In this document: positions 40,562-51,035 of the stretch, in pieces
How the letters are laid out: every line of letters begins with the position of its first letter
How positions within the stretch are numbered: the stretch's first letter is position 1
DNA from: Synechococcales cyanobacterium VAR_4_metabat_354
GTDB lineage: Bacteria > Cyanobacteriota > Cyanobacteriia > Cyanobacteriales > Chamaesiphonaceae
Assembly (NCBI GenBank): GCA_031414775.1
Contig: JANOQI010000041.1
Coordinates: forward strand, 96,001-160,000
Reading direction: 5' to 3'
DNA length: 64,000 nucleotides
Notes under the pieces: model-generated
Seen by the model: only the letters and a program-made list of their open reading frames with translations
Told to the model about the DNA's origin: nothing
Databases searched by the model: none
Translations under genes and position numbers: made by a program

Positions 40562-43435
40562 ATGAATACTCCAGGCTCTCATCATCTGATTTACACCGAC
40601 TGGACGCTGATCGAACCGAGCTTCGATCCGGAGCAGTTGCACGCTAGAGAAACCGTATTTACGATCGGCAATGGTCATTTAGGGACGCGGGGCAGCTTTG
40701 AAGAAGGCTATCCGCAGGCGTTGCCAGCTACCCTCATTCATGGAGTGTATGATGATGTGCCGGTGGTCTATACCGAGCTAGCCAACTGCCCCGATTGGCT
40801 GTCGTTGGCAGTAATCGTCAATGGTGAAAGGTTTCGGCTCGATCGCGGCGAAATTATCCACTACGAACGACAACTAGATTTGCAGCATGGTGTCCTGAAT
40901 CGATCGGTGCGCTGGCGTAGCCCCATTGGCCATACTGTAGATTTACGGTTTGAGCGATTTGCGAGCTTAGCAAATCGGCAGGTGTTGGGATTGCGCTGCC
41001 AGATGACACCAGTCGATTTCGACGGCACCATCGAGGTGCAATCTAGCATCAATGGCTATCCCCAAAATCAAGGCTTTGACCACTGGGAAAGGCTCGATCA
41101 AGGTCAGGTTGAACAGGGAATTTGGCTCCAGATGCGTACCCGTAGTTCCCGTATCGAACTGGGTATGGCTGCCAAAATGGCGGTGACTGGTATTGACACA
41201 GTCTGGCAGGTCACCAATACTCCCGGCTATCCCACCCGATCGATCGCCTTCAGTGCCACGGCTGGGCAAACCATCAGCGTCGAAAAAATTGTAACAGTGT
41301 TCACCTCTCAAGAGGTGAAGATACCAGTGCAGGCCGCTCAGGAGAAATTAGCTAGCCTCCCATCTTACTCGATCCTATTTGCTGCTCATCAACAGGCTTG
41401 GCAGGAAGTTTGGCAGCATAGCGATATCGAGATTGGCGGCAATAGCCAAGCGCAGTTGGCTGTTCGCTACAACTTGTTTCAACTCTTCATCGGGGCTTCT
41501 CCAGACAACGATCGGGTCAGCGTTCCCGCCAAAACACTATCAGGATTTGGCTACCGGGGTCATATCTTTTGGGATACCGAAATTTTTATCTTGCCCTTTT
41601 TTACTTTCACCCAACCGGCGATCGCTAACAACCTGTTGACCTATCGCTACCACACCTTGGGTGGTGCCCGGCGCAAAGCAACACATAGTGGATATCAGGG
41701 AGCCATGTTTTCCTGGGAAAGCGCCGTCACTGGTGATGAAGTGACTCCCCGCTGGTCAATGCCGAACGATCCATACGCCGAAGATGTCCGCATCTGGTGC
41801 CGCGATCGAGAAATTCATATTAGTGCTGACATTACCTATGCTATCTGGCAATACTGGCAGGCTACCGGTGACGATATTTGGCTCCGCGACTACGGAGCCG
41901 AGATCATCCTAGATACTGCCCTGTTCTGGATGAGTCGGTTGGAGTGGAATGCTCAGCAGGAAAGATATGAACTGTGTGGGGTGATTGGAGCTGATGAATA
42001 CCATGAACAGGTAAATAATAATGCGTTCACCAATCGGATGGTGCAGTGGCATCTAGAAAAAGCCATTGTCGTCTATGAGTGGTTACAGCAAATATTCCCT
42101 GCTCGGTTGGCGGAACTGGTGCAAGAGCTGCAAATCACGTCCGCGCAACTACTGCGTTGGCAAGCAGCAATTGCCCAGATGCACATTCTTTACGATACTG
42201 AAACAGGCTTGATCGAGCAGTTTGAGGGCTTTTTTCAGCTTCAAGATATCAACTTAGATGATTACGAACCCCGAGACCAGTCGATGCAAGCTATTCTCGG
42301 GATTGATGAAACGAATCATCACCAGGTGCTCAAGCAACCTGACGTGTTGATGCTCCTTTACCTCATGCGGGGCACCCAAGCATTTCCCTATAGCTATGAT
42401 GTATTACAAAAGAACTGGGACTACTACGCTCCCCGGACAGATATCACCTATGGATCATCCCTCGGTCCAGCTATTCATGCGATTCTCGCTGCTGACCTAG
42501 GTGCCGCCGATCCTTATCAGCAGTTCATGCAGGCCGCCTTGATAGATCTTGCTGATACTCGTGGTAATACCAGAGATGGTATTCATGCCGCTGCTGCTGG
42601 GGGGATCTGGCAAGCGGTAGTGTTTGGCTTCGGTGGTATTCAACTAAAGGACAGTGGTCCGGTGGCAACTCCTCATCTACCAGCTACTTGGACTCGCCTC
42701 AAATTTAAACTACACTGGCGGGGCACTTGGCACAGCTTCGATCTATTGCCGACACTCTGCCCCGCACAAGATATCCAAGGCTTCATCTTTGACTTGGATG
42801 GGGTATTGACAGACACTGCCGAATTTCACTACCGAGCTTGGCAGCGACTGGCCGACGAAGCTGGACTGCCCTTCGATCGTCAGGCCAATAAAGCATTGCT
42901 AGGCGTGGCGCGGAGAGAATCACTAATGCTGATTGTAGGCGATCAGCAGTATTCGGAATCATCACTTCAGGAAATGATGGAGCGCAAAAATCGCTACTAT
43001 GTGGAATCTATCCAAACCATCACCCCCCGCAATGTTTTGCCCGGAGTCTTAGAGCTGTTAGATGAACTCCGCCGATCCGGAATTAAAATTGCGATCGGTT
43101 CTGGCAGCAAGAATGCGCGCACTGTGATCGAGAAACTAGGAATTGCTGATCGCATCGATGAAATTGCTGATGGCTCCAGTGTCAAGAACCCCAAACCAGC
43201 CCCTGACATATTTTTATACGCTGCTACTTTATTAAAACTTGATCCTGCTCACTGCGTGGTGGTGGAAGATGCCCCTGCCGGAGTTGCCGCCGCGCTCGCT
43301 GCTGGTATGTGGACGATCGGACTTGGCTCCGCTGATTTGGTTGGCTCTGCTCACATTGTGCTGCCTAGCTTGCAGGATGCTTCTTTACACAATCTACAGC
43401 TCCAACTAGACATGTCTAAAAACTCGTCAGATTAG
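40562..43435 (+). CDS. GH65 disaccharide phosphorylase fused to beta-phosphoglucomutase (HAD)
   Basis: GNGHLGTRG, GYRGHIFWDTE, GADEYHE, KQPDV, SSLG; C-terminal FDLDGVLTDTAEFH, KPAPDIF, VVEDA. Confidence 0.93.
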   Translation: MNTPGSHHLIYTDWTLIEPSFDPEQLHARETVFTIGNGHLGTRGSFEEGYPQALPATLIHGVYDDVPVVYTELANCPDWLSLAVIVNGERFRLDRGEIIHYERQLDLQHGVLNRSVRWRSPIGHTVDLRFERFASLANRQVLGLRCQMTPVDFDGTIEVQSSINGYPQNQGFDHWERLDQGQVEQGIWLQMRTRSSRIELGMAAKMAVTGIDTVWQVTNTPGYPTRSIAFSATAGQTISVEKIVTVFTSQEVKIPVQAAQEKLASLPSYSILFAAHQQAWQEVWQHSDIEIGGNSQAQLAVRYNLFQLFIGASPDNDRVSVPAKTLSGFGYRGHIFWDTEIFILPFFTFTQPAIANNLLTYRYHTLGGARRKATHSGYQGAMFSWESAVTGDEVTPRWSMPNDPYAEDVRIWCRDREIHISADITYAIWQYWQATGDDIWLRDYGAEIILDTALFWMSRLEWNAQQERYELCGVIGADEYHEQVNNNAFTNRMVQWHLEKAIVVYEWLQQIFPARLAELVQELQITSAQLLRWQAAIAQMHILYDTETGLIEQFEGFFQLQDINLDDYEPRDQSMQAILGIDETNHHQVLKQPDVLMLLYLMRGTQAFPYSYDVLQKNWDYYAPRTDITYGSSLGPAIHAILAADLGAADPYQQFMQAALIDLADTRGNTRDGIHAAAAGGIWQAVVFGFGGIQLKDSGPVATPHLPATWTRLKFKLHWRGTWHSFDLLPTLCPAQDIQGFIFDLDGVLTDTAEFHYRAWQRLADEAGLPFDRQANKALLGVARRESLMLIVGDQQYSESSLQEMMERKNRYYVESIQTITPRNVLPGVLELLDELRRSGIKIAIGSGSKNARTVIEKLGIADRIDEIADGSSVKNPKPAPDIFLYAATLLKLDPAHCVVVEDAPAGVAAALAAGMWTIGLGSADLVGSAHIVLPSLQDASLHNLQLQLDMSKNSSD

Positions 43436-43723
43436 TCTCACTCAATTTTTTCGGAGAAATTTTTTGTAATTATTTGAAATTGTCTGGCTAGCGATACCTA
43501 AAATCATTTTTTTCAAACAGTATCAAATAATATTAAAGTTCGTGATATATTATACTTGCCAATAGGGTTAACCTTTGACAAATGAGCAAGCCGCCAAAAG
43601 CATTTAGGGTTTTGTCTTGAAACATAGATAATCTAACATGTTACAAATATTTTGCGGTGCAATCGAGTTGAAAATAACAGAATTAACGTTAGTATATCTA
43701 GACTTGAATAACTTCATCATAGT

Positions 43724-46024
43724 ATGAAAAATAATGTCTCCCGAATATCTAGTATTAATTCTATCCAGTCTCCAAAAGGGGATATTACAGGTATAGGTGA
43801 AGACTTATATCAACTGCGGCAAGTCAAGAAAATCAATCTTGAATTTCTGTTAGCTAGCCTACGTAAGTACTGGTATGTCAGCTTTTTATTAAGTACATTG
43901 ATGATGGCTGGGATTTACTATAAAACTTGGAAAGAGCCACGCATCTATCGATCAGACATTCAAATTGAGATTGAGTTACAAGAAAACTCCAGCATGGCTG
44001 AGAAACTAGCTTTAAGTACTGGTGATACTAGTGCTGATAGCCGGGCAACTACGATTGAAACTATTTTACAGATATTAAAAAGTGATAAAATTCTTCAACA
44101 AGCCATTGATGGTATTCCCAATCAAGAATTGAGACCATCCGTGGATGAAGTTAGTGGAAACCTGCGGATCGTGTCAGGGCAAAATAGTAATATTTTATCT
44201 ATTAGCTATACTGATACTATTCCGGAGCGAGCGGTAGCAACTCTAAATGCTTTGGGCAGTACTTATATTGACTATAGTATTAAAACTAAAAAAGCTCGTA
44301 CTGATAACTCGATCAATTTTATCGAGTCACAATTACCTGAATCACGCAAAAGGTTAGAAATATCCTCCAGACAGTTAGAGGAATTTCGGCGAAAATATGG
44401 ATTTGTTGATCCTGAAAACTCCGGTCAATCTCTAACAGCATATCGTCAGCAGATCATTGATAAGCTAGACGAGATGAAGGTTAAGCGACTGCAAACTCAA
44501 CAACAATATGAAGAGCTTAAGAAAAATCTAACTGAGGTGGGTTTACAGTCTGATAATGTGCTCAGTACCACGATGTTAACTCAGGATGCCGCCTATCAAG
44601 AGCTATTTAAAAAGTTAAACGAATTAGAACTATCGTACAGTCAGGAAACTGTCAGGTTTAATGATAATAACCCGATCTCAATTGGCCTCAAGGAAAAACG
44701 TGATCAGGTATTGTCATTACTAAGAAATCGGGCGCAGCAAGTGCTCAAACGGAATGTTTTAGATAAAGAGCTTACCAATGGGGGAATTGCTAATTTCAGT
44801 AACAATCTAGCCCAAAATTTAGCTAATAAACAAGCTGAAATCGTAACTAGTCTGGCTTCTCAGGAGTCAGAAGAACAAGGCTTACGCAAGATTTATGAGC
44901 GGGTAGAGTATCAAATTGCTCAATTGCCTAATCTGCAAAAACAATATACTGAGTTGCAGCGGCAGTATACTATTTACTCCCAAGAAATGACTGCATTTCT
45001 CCAAAAATTGCAAGGTTTGAAAATTACTGGTGCTGAACGGGTGATCCCTTGGAATTTGCTAGATCCTCCCAAGCTGCCCCAAGAACCGATATCTCCTAAT
45101 GTACCGCAACGACTAGGACTAGGTGCGTTAGGTAGTTTATTAGTTGGTTTATTAGCAGCCGTTGGTTTAAATCAATTTGATGATCGAGTTGATGATCCAG
45201 ACACCGTAAAATCAACTTTGGGAATACCGCTATTGGCTCTTATTCCAACGGTAAGTAGTTTCTCCCAAATACAAGCTAGAGGAAGTACAGTTCTTCAAAC
45301 TACTAAAAATGATAGTAAGAACTATTCTTCTTGGAATTTTGTCGAAGCGATTCGAACTCTGGCTTTGGGAATTGGACTGACCACTGATGGTGAGGAAAAC
45401 CAGATGGGTAAAGTTGTGGCCTTTACTTCATCACTACCAAAAGAAGGGAAGTCAACTATTACCTTTCATACTGGCGTTACCCTGGCCGAATTAGGCTATC
45501 GCGTCTTGTTGGTGGATGCAGATTTATATAGATCTAGTCTTTCTAGCTTATGCCAAGGTTCAGAGTTATTTCAGTCTGTGGATTTTTCTGATGAAACTGG
45601 GTTGAGTGATGCACTACTAAAAGTCGATAAATGGGAAAATTTAATTAAAAAATGTTCTCAAATAAAATTAGATGTACTATTATCTGGACATCAACCGATT
45701 AATTCGATCGCGTTGCTTAACTCCCCCCATTTTCCTCGACTAATTGAGCAATGGAAAAGAAAATATGATTATGTGATTTTTGATACCCCACCAGTTGTCG
45801 GAGTTAGTGATACCCATTTAATTACAACTCTGGTGGATGGACTAATTTATATTGTGAGTTTAGATGTTGCTCAATGGCAGGCGGTCAAACGAACAATGGA
45901 AATTATTTCCCCAATTCAAACACCAATTTTAGGGTTAGTAATCAACCGAGTCAAAAATACGCATTCCAATAAGTATCATCCTTACTATCGCAGTAGACCC
46001 GAAGTTTTTTCGAGACGACAATGA
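43724..46024 (+). CDS. Wzc/GumC-type polysaccharide co-polymerase with BY-kinase domain
   Basis: Two TM helices flanking a coiled coil, PQEPISPN, Walker A PKEGKST, LLVDADL, IFDTPP, C-terminal KYHPYY. Confidence 0.92.
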   Translation: MKNNVSRISSINSIQSPKGDITGIGEDLYQLRQVKKINLEFLLASLRKYWYVSFLLSTLMMAGIYYKTWKEPRIYRSDIQIEIELQENSSMAEKLALSTGDTSADSRATTIETILQILKSDKILQQAIDGIPNQELRPSVDEVSGNLRIVSGQNSNILSISYTDTIPERAVATLNALGSTYIDYSIKTKKARTDNSINFIESQLPESRKRLEISSRQLEEFRRKYGFVDPENSGQSLTAYRQQIIDKLDEMKVKRLQTQQQYEELKKNLTEVGLQSDNVLSTTMLTQDAAYQELFKKLNELELSYSQETVRFNDNNPISIGLKEKRDQVLSLLRNRAQQVLKRNVLDKELTNGGIANFSNNLAQNLANKQAEIVTSLASQESEEQGLRKIYERVEYQIAQLPNLQKQYTELQRQYTIYSQEMTAFLQKLQGLKITGAERVIPWNLLDPPKLPQEPISPNVPQRLGLGALGSLLVGLLAAVGLNQFDDRVDDPDTVKSTLGIPLLALIPTVSSFSQIQARGSTVLQTTKNDSKNYSSWNFVEAIRTLALGIGLTTDGEENQMGKVVAFTSSLPKEGKSTITFHTGVTLAELGYRVLLVDADLYRSSLSSLCQGSELFQSVDFSDETGLSDALLKVDKWENLIKKCSQIKLDVLLSGHQPINSIALLNSPHFPRLIEQWKRKYDYVIFDTPPVVGVSDTHLITTLVDGLIYIVSLDVAQWQAVKRTMEIISPIQTPILGLVINRVKNTHSNKYHPYYRSRPEVFSRRQ

Positions 46025-46089
46025 ATCAAAAGTTGATCGCTGTTGAAGCCGAGAAATAGATTTTCAAACTACCCCCCCCCGAATCAGTC

Positions 46090-47292
46090 ATGAAAATAGT
46101 TCATTTAGCCAAATACCATTCTCCTCTTTATGGTGGAATGGAAAGTCATGTGGAAACTTTAGCTCGCAAGCAAGCTGAATTAGGTGCTGAGGTTTGTATC
46201 GTATGTGTAAATAGTTTTGATGAAGATTTGAAATTATCACAGCAAACTAAGACTAAAATCGAGGTTACTGATCGGGTGCAGGTAGTCAAAGTTCGTCGCC
46301 TGGTATCATTTTTGAAACTGGATTTCTGCCCATCCCTAATTTTTTATATTCGTTATTTCTCTAAATTTCCCGATACAATTTTTCACGTCCATACGCCTAA
46401 TCCAACTATGTTGATTTCTTTGGCGATGATGGGTAAGACCCGTAACTTAGTAATCACCCACCACAGTGATGCTATTCGACAGCAGTTGCTCAAATATTTA
46501 TTTCGTCCGATCGAGCATTTTATTTATCGGCAAGCAGAAATCACTCTAACTACCAGTCCAAATTATCAGACCGGCTCCAAATTTCTGCGCTTATACCGAA
46601 ATCGTTTAGGGGTCTTGCCACTGGGGATTGATACTTCTGTTTTTAGTAATCCTTCCCCACCGATAGTGGAACGAGCACAGCAATTAAAAGCAGAATATGG
46701 GGATGTCTTATGGTTAGCCGTAGGACGGTTAGTATACTATAAATCTTTTCATGTGGCGATCGAAGCTTTACAGCATGTGCCTGGAAAGTTATTAATTATT
46801 GGAACTGGTAAGTTAGCCGAAAATCTCCACAAAACAGCCCGTAAATTCAATGTTGCCGATCGCGTGATTTGGTTGGGTAAGACTAGTGAAACTGACTTGA
46901 TTGCGGCTTATCGAGCAGCAACAGCTATGTGGTTTCCGTCGAATGTCCGCAGTGAAGCTTTTGGGATGGTTCAAGTGGAAGCGATGGCTAGTGGCTGTCC
47001 AGTGATTAACTGTGATATTCCGGGTAGTGGTGTTTCTTGGGTTTGTCGCCATGAGCTAGAGGGTTTGACCGTACAGCGAAACAATCCCTTTGAATTTGCC
47101 GCAGCGGCCAGAAGGTTGTTAGAAGAACCGGGCTTGAGAGATCGTCTATCGGCAGGCGCTCAACGTAGAGTTTTGGAATTTACGGATGAGAAAATGGCGC
47201 GCCATAGTTTGGAAATTTATAGTCAGGTTCTAGCCAATGAAAAATCTCTAGATCAACTAGCTCCGTTAGTCGAAGAAGCAATGGGCACCTAA
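46090..47292 (+). CDS. GT4 glycosyltransferase
   Basis: GGMESH, VGRLVYYK, SEAFGMVQVEAM. Confidence 0.92.
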   Translation: MKIVHLAKYHSPLYGGMESHVETLARKQAELGAEVCIVCVNSFDEDLKLSQQTKTKIEVTDRVQVVKVRRLVSFLKLDFCPSLIFYIRYFSKFPDTIFHVHTPNPTMLISLAMMGKTRNLVITHHSDAIRQQLLKYLFRPIEHFIYRQAEITLTTSPNYQTGSKFLRLYRNRLGVLPLGIDTSVFSNPSPPIVERAQQLKAEYGDVLWLAVGRLVYYKSFHVAIEALQHVPGKLLIIGTGKLAENLHKTARKFNVADRVIWLGKTSETDLIAAYRAATAMWFPSNVRSEAFGMVQVEAMASGCPVINCDIPGSGVSWVCRHELEGLTVQRNNPFEFAAAARRLLEEPGLRDRLSAGAQRRVLEFTDEKMARHSLEIYSQVLANEKSLDQLAPLVEEAMGT

Positions 47293-47298
47293 CATATT

Positions 47299-48408
47299 AT
47301 GAAAGTTCTCCATGTGTATGCAGGTAATCTTTTTGGTGGGATTGAAACTCTTTTAGTCACCTTGGCGCGAGAGCGACAGTTATGCCCAGAAATGGATCAC
47401 CAATTTGCTTTGTGTTTTTCGGGACGTTTATCTCAGGAATTGATCAGTACGGGGGTGAAGGTCCATGAGCTGGGGACGGTTAAGCTGCGCTATCCTTGGC
47501 AGGTGCTGAAAGCAAGAGCACGATTGCGAAAAGTAATTGAGTCGGAAGCTATTGATGCGGTTATTTGCCATGCTTGCTGGCCACAAGCTATTTTTGGTTC
47601 GGTAGTGAAACGACTGGGAAAAAAGTTGTTGTTTTGGTGTCATGATACTCCTAATGGCCAAAGTATCTTAGAGGGGTTGGCTAAGTTGGTGCAACCAGAT
47701 TTTGTGATTGCCAATAGTCATTTTACCGAGCAGCATCTGCACCTACTATATCCTCGTGCTAAAAGTCAAGTCATTTACGCTCCTGTTGTCGATACTCAGT
47801 GCGAGCAAACTCCAGAAGTTCGACATCAGCTTCGGCAACAGTTTAATACTATGGATGAGACTGTAGTTATCACTCAAGTTTCTCGCTTGGAACGTTTGAA
47901 AGGGCATACCATATTGATTTCTGCATTGGGATTAATGAAAGACTTGCCTAATTGGGAGTGCTGGATCGTTGGTGGAGTGCAAAGGGAAAGTGAACAATCT
48001 TATCTAAGAGAATTGGAACAGCAGGTACAGGATCTGGGATTAGAAAAACGGGTGCGTTGGTTGGGGCAAAGAGATGATGTCCCGCAGGTGTTAGCGGCTA
48101 GTGATATTTTCTGTCAGCCCAATTTGGGAGAAGAATCATTTGGGATCGTTTTCGTTGAAGCTTTTTATGCTGGCTTGCCAGTGGTGACTGTCAAGATTGG
48201 TGGTGGTGGAGAAATTGTGACATCAGAGTGTGGCTATGCTGTACCACCGGGGGATGTAATGGGAGTAACGATGGCTCTGCAAAAGTTAGTGAAGAATTCT
48301 CTTCATCGTGGGGAGTTGCAGGTGGCGGCGAAGGCTAGGGCGCATGAATTGTGCGATCCACAACGACAGATATCCACTATTGCAGAATTGTTAGTGATGA
48401 GTTCTTGA
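47299..48408 (+). CDS. GT4 glycosyltransferase
   Basis: FGGIE, SRLERLKG, ESFGIVFVEA. Confidence 0.92.
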   Translation: MKVLHVYAGNLFGGIETLLVTLARERQLCPEMDHQFALCFSGRLSQELISTGVKVHELGTVKLRYPWQVLKARARLRKVIESEAIDAVICHACWPQAIFGSVVKRLGKKLLFWCHDTPNGQSILEGLAKLVQPDFVIANSHFTEQHLHLLYPRAKSQVIYAPVVDTQCEQTPEVRHQLRQQFNTMDETVVITQVSRLERLKGHTILISALGLMKDLPNWECWIVGGVQRESEQSYLRELEQQVQDLGLEKRVRWLGQRDDVPQVLAASDIFCQPNLGEESFGIVFVEAFYAGLPVVTVKIGGGGEIVTSECGYAVPPGDVMGVTMALQKLVKNSLHRGELQVAAKARAHELCDPQRQISTIAELLVMSS

Positions 48409-48456
48409 AAATGAAAATATTGATGTGGTAATTAGCAGACTTTATAACCATATATT

Positions 48457-49302
48457 ATGAATAAAAAAATTGTTAGGATGATTTTGTTTGTTGTTTCACG
48501 GCCTGTTTTCTATAATTGGTTTTATCTTTGTAATAAACTATGCTTGTATGCAATGAATCGGGTTTCTGCTGCCTTTTTAGATTGTGAATTAAGCGGAGAA
48601 AAAGAAGCATTAGAATGGGTATTGAAAAAGCTTTCTACCAAACCTAAAAAAATATTCATTTTTGATTGTGGCGGTAATCTTGGTCAGTATTCTTCCATGC
48701 TTCTATCAACAATAGATAAATTGAAAATTGGCAATGAAACAGAAATTCATATATTTGAGCCATCAAGCTTTTGTTTAGATATCTTAGCCAATAAATTTAG
48801 TGACGTTGCGAATGTGAATTTGCACCAGACTGCTGTCTCAAACACAAACAGTAATGCTAACTTATATTATCCTTGGATAGGTTCGGCAGGAGCCAGTTTA
48901 TCTAGTAATGTTGCGACTGCTCAGGTAGTGTCAGGAGCCTTTGAAGTTAAGTCTGAGCAAATTGAGACAGTTACTTTGGATAGTTTTTGTGAAAAAAATA
49001 ATATCGAATCAATAGATTACTTGAAGTTAGATATTGAAGGATATGAAATATTTGCACTTGAAGGAGCGCAGTCCATGTTAGCAAATAACAAAATAGCCTA
49101 TATTCAGATAGAGATAGGGGCAGCATCGCTAGCAACTAAGTGTATGTTGTTTGATATATATAATATGCTTTCAATAGATTACAAGTTTTATCTTGTTTTG
49201 AATCATGGTTTGGTTGAAATTAGCGAATACAAGCCAGATCTTGAGTGCTTTCATGGTGCCTCTAATTTTATCTTAGAGAATAGAGCATTAAGTTCATGTT
49301 GA
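48457..49302 (+). CDS. FkbM-family methyltransferase
   Basis: FDCGGNLG, IFEP, VTLDSF, LKLDIEGYE. Confidence 0.9.
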   Translation: MNKKIVRMILFVVSRPVFYNWFYLCNKLCLYAMNRVSAAFLDCELSGEKEALEWVLKKLSTKPKKIFIFDCGGNLGQYSSMLLSTIDKLKIGNETEIHIFEPSSFCLDILANKFSDVANVNLHQTAVSNTNSNANLYYPWIGSAGASLSSNVATAQVVSGAFEVKSEQIETVTLDSFCEKNNIESIDYLKLDIEGYEIFALEGAQSMLANNKIAYIQIEIGAASLATKCMLFDIYNMLSIDYKFYLVLNHGLVEISEYKPDLECFHGASNFILENRALSSC

Positions 49303-49432
49303 CTTTGGAGAATTTATTCTAACACTTTTCAAGAATGTCTTGAATGTAGTACAAATTTTATAACAGATTTACTAGAAGTAAGTTTTATTCTGATTGTTAA
49401 TTGATCTCGATTGAGATTCACTATATAAATAA

Positions 49433-50845
49433 ATGTTTCTGAATAATCAATCTGAAAGATGGAATTGGATACATACTTTTCTGCTAATCCAGTTTATTTT
49501 ACAATTACTCACCCTTGTTCCTACACTAGGAACAGCTCGCACTGTATTCAGAATTGCTACCTTTGGGTTAAGCATTTGCTTAGTAATTGCTACTATTTCC
49601 CAGCCAGCGATCGAACATCCTGCTAAGTGGCCAGTCTATAGTATTCTTTTAATTTTATTAATTTCCTTATGCTTGCATCCTCAAGTCAACACTATTCCGG
49701 CGGGCTTGGGACAGATTGCTATGTACTTAGCAATTTTAGGGCCTGTGTTCTGGGCTAGTAGATTCCCCTTATCAGCCATCGGTTTTCGTAACTTAGTTAT
49801 AATGCTTTGGCTTTTTCAATCGATTAGTTCATTATTTGGTTTACTTCAGATCTACTTCCCTGGACAGTTTCAGTTCCAACTATCATCGGTAATTGAGAAT
49901 AGCAAATATGGTGGTGAAAGCTTAAAAATTACATTGGGTAATGGATTATCTGTATATCGTCCGATGGGATTAACTGATACTCCTGGTGGTGCATCAGTTG
50001 CTGGGTTTTACACGGTACTCTTAGGGTTAGCTTTTTTCTTAGAAGGTAAAAATAAGTGGTTGATGGGCTTGGGGATTTCTAGTAGTTTCGTAGGTTTTTT
50101 CTGTATTTATTTATCTCAAGTACGTAGTATGCTGATCAATACTTGTTTTTGTGTATTAACACTATTAGTAATTTTACTTTTGAGTAGAAATTTTAAACGT
50201 GTTTTTGCCCTGATGGGAATTATTCAACCTTTGATATTAGGAACATTTGCTTGGGCAATTGCGGTAGGTGGTAAATCTACTAGTGATCGAACGTTATCTT
50301 TGTTTGAAGGGAGTGCAGACAATGTTTACCAGCAAAATCGGGGGCATTTTCTACAGAGTACAATTAATGAATTGTTGCCTCAGTATCCTTTTGGGGCGGG
50401 ATTAGGTCGATGGGGGATGGTAAATAGTTATTTTGGTGAAAATGATAATCCACTTACTAGTTCAATCTGGGTAGAAATTCAATGGACTGGTTGGTTATTA
50501 GATGGGGGATTACCCTTGATTATTGCTTATTGTGTAGCCATTGGGTCAGTATGCTATTTTGCATTTCAGACGGTTTTTAAAACCCAAATGAAAACATTAC
50601 CTTTCCTAAGTGCGGTCATACTTGCTTATAATATGGGTACAATTTTGATTACATTTAATTACCCAATTTTTATTTCTCAGATAGGAATGGAATTTTGGTT
50701 ACTAAATACGGCATTGGCTGTTGCATTTATAAATGAAAGTTGGAAAATGGAAAGCGATTTGAATTTTTCACCAGATCATATTATTTCAAATATAAATATC
50801 AAGAATGGTAAGAAGATGATGCGTATCCCAATGGAGAATAAGTAA
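49433..50845 (+). CDS. Polytopic membrane protein, Wzy/O-antigen ligase-like
   Basis: More than 10 hydrophobic segments, RPMG, LSQVRS, YPFGAGLGRWG; sits inside a glycan cluster. Confidence 0.65.
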   Translation: MFLNNQSERWNWIHTFLLIQFILQLLTLVPTLGTARTVFRIATFGLSICLVIATISQPAIEHPAKWPVYSILLILLISLCLHPQVNTIPAGLGQIAMYLAILGPVFWASRFPLSAIGFRNLVIMLWLFQSISSLFGLLQIYFPGQFQFQLSSVIENSKYGGESLKITLGNGLSVYRPMGLTDTPGGASVAGFYTVLLGLAFFLEGKNKWLMGLGISSSFVGFFCIYLSQVRSMLINTCFCVLTLLVILLLSRNFKRVFALMGIIQPLILGTFAWAIAVGGKSTSDRTLSLFEGSADNVYQQNRGHFLQSTINELLPQYPFGAGLGRWGMVNSYFGENDNPLTSSIWVEIQWTGWLLDGGLPLIIAYCVAIGSVCYFAFQTVFKTQMKTLPFLSAVILAYNMGTILITFNYPIFISQIGMEFWLLNTALAVAFINESWKMESDLNFSPDHIISNINIKNGKKMMRIPMENK

Positions 50846-51035
50846 TGCAATTTGAATGAATAATATTTGAAATGTTATTCAGTAATTGGTCGTTATCTAT
50901 ACATTGATTCTACAACGCCTGAATTCGATCATTTTATTATCAACGATGTAAACGAATAGTCTTGGCAATATGCCACTAGAATTAAAGTAATATTAATATT
51001 TCCTCTAGATTAAGGAAAGTAAGTAAAGCTAAGTT

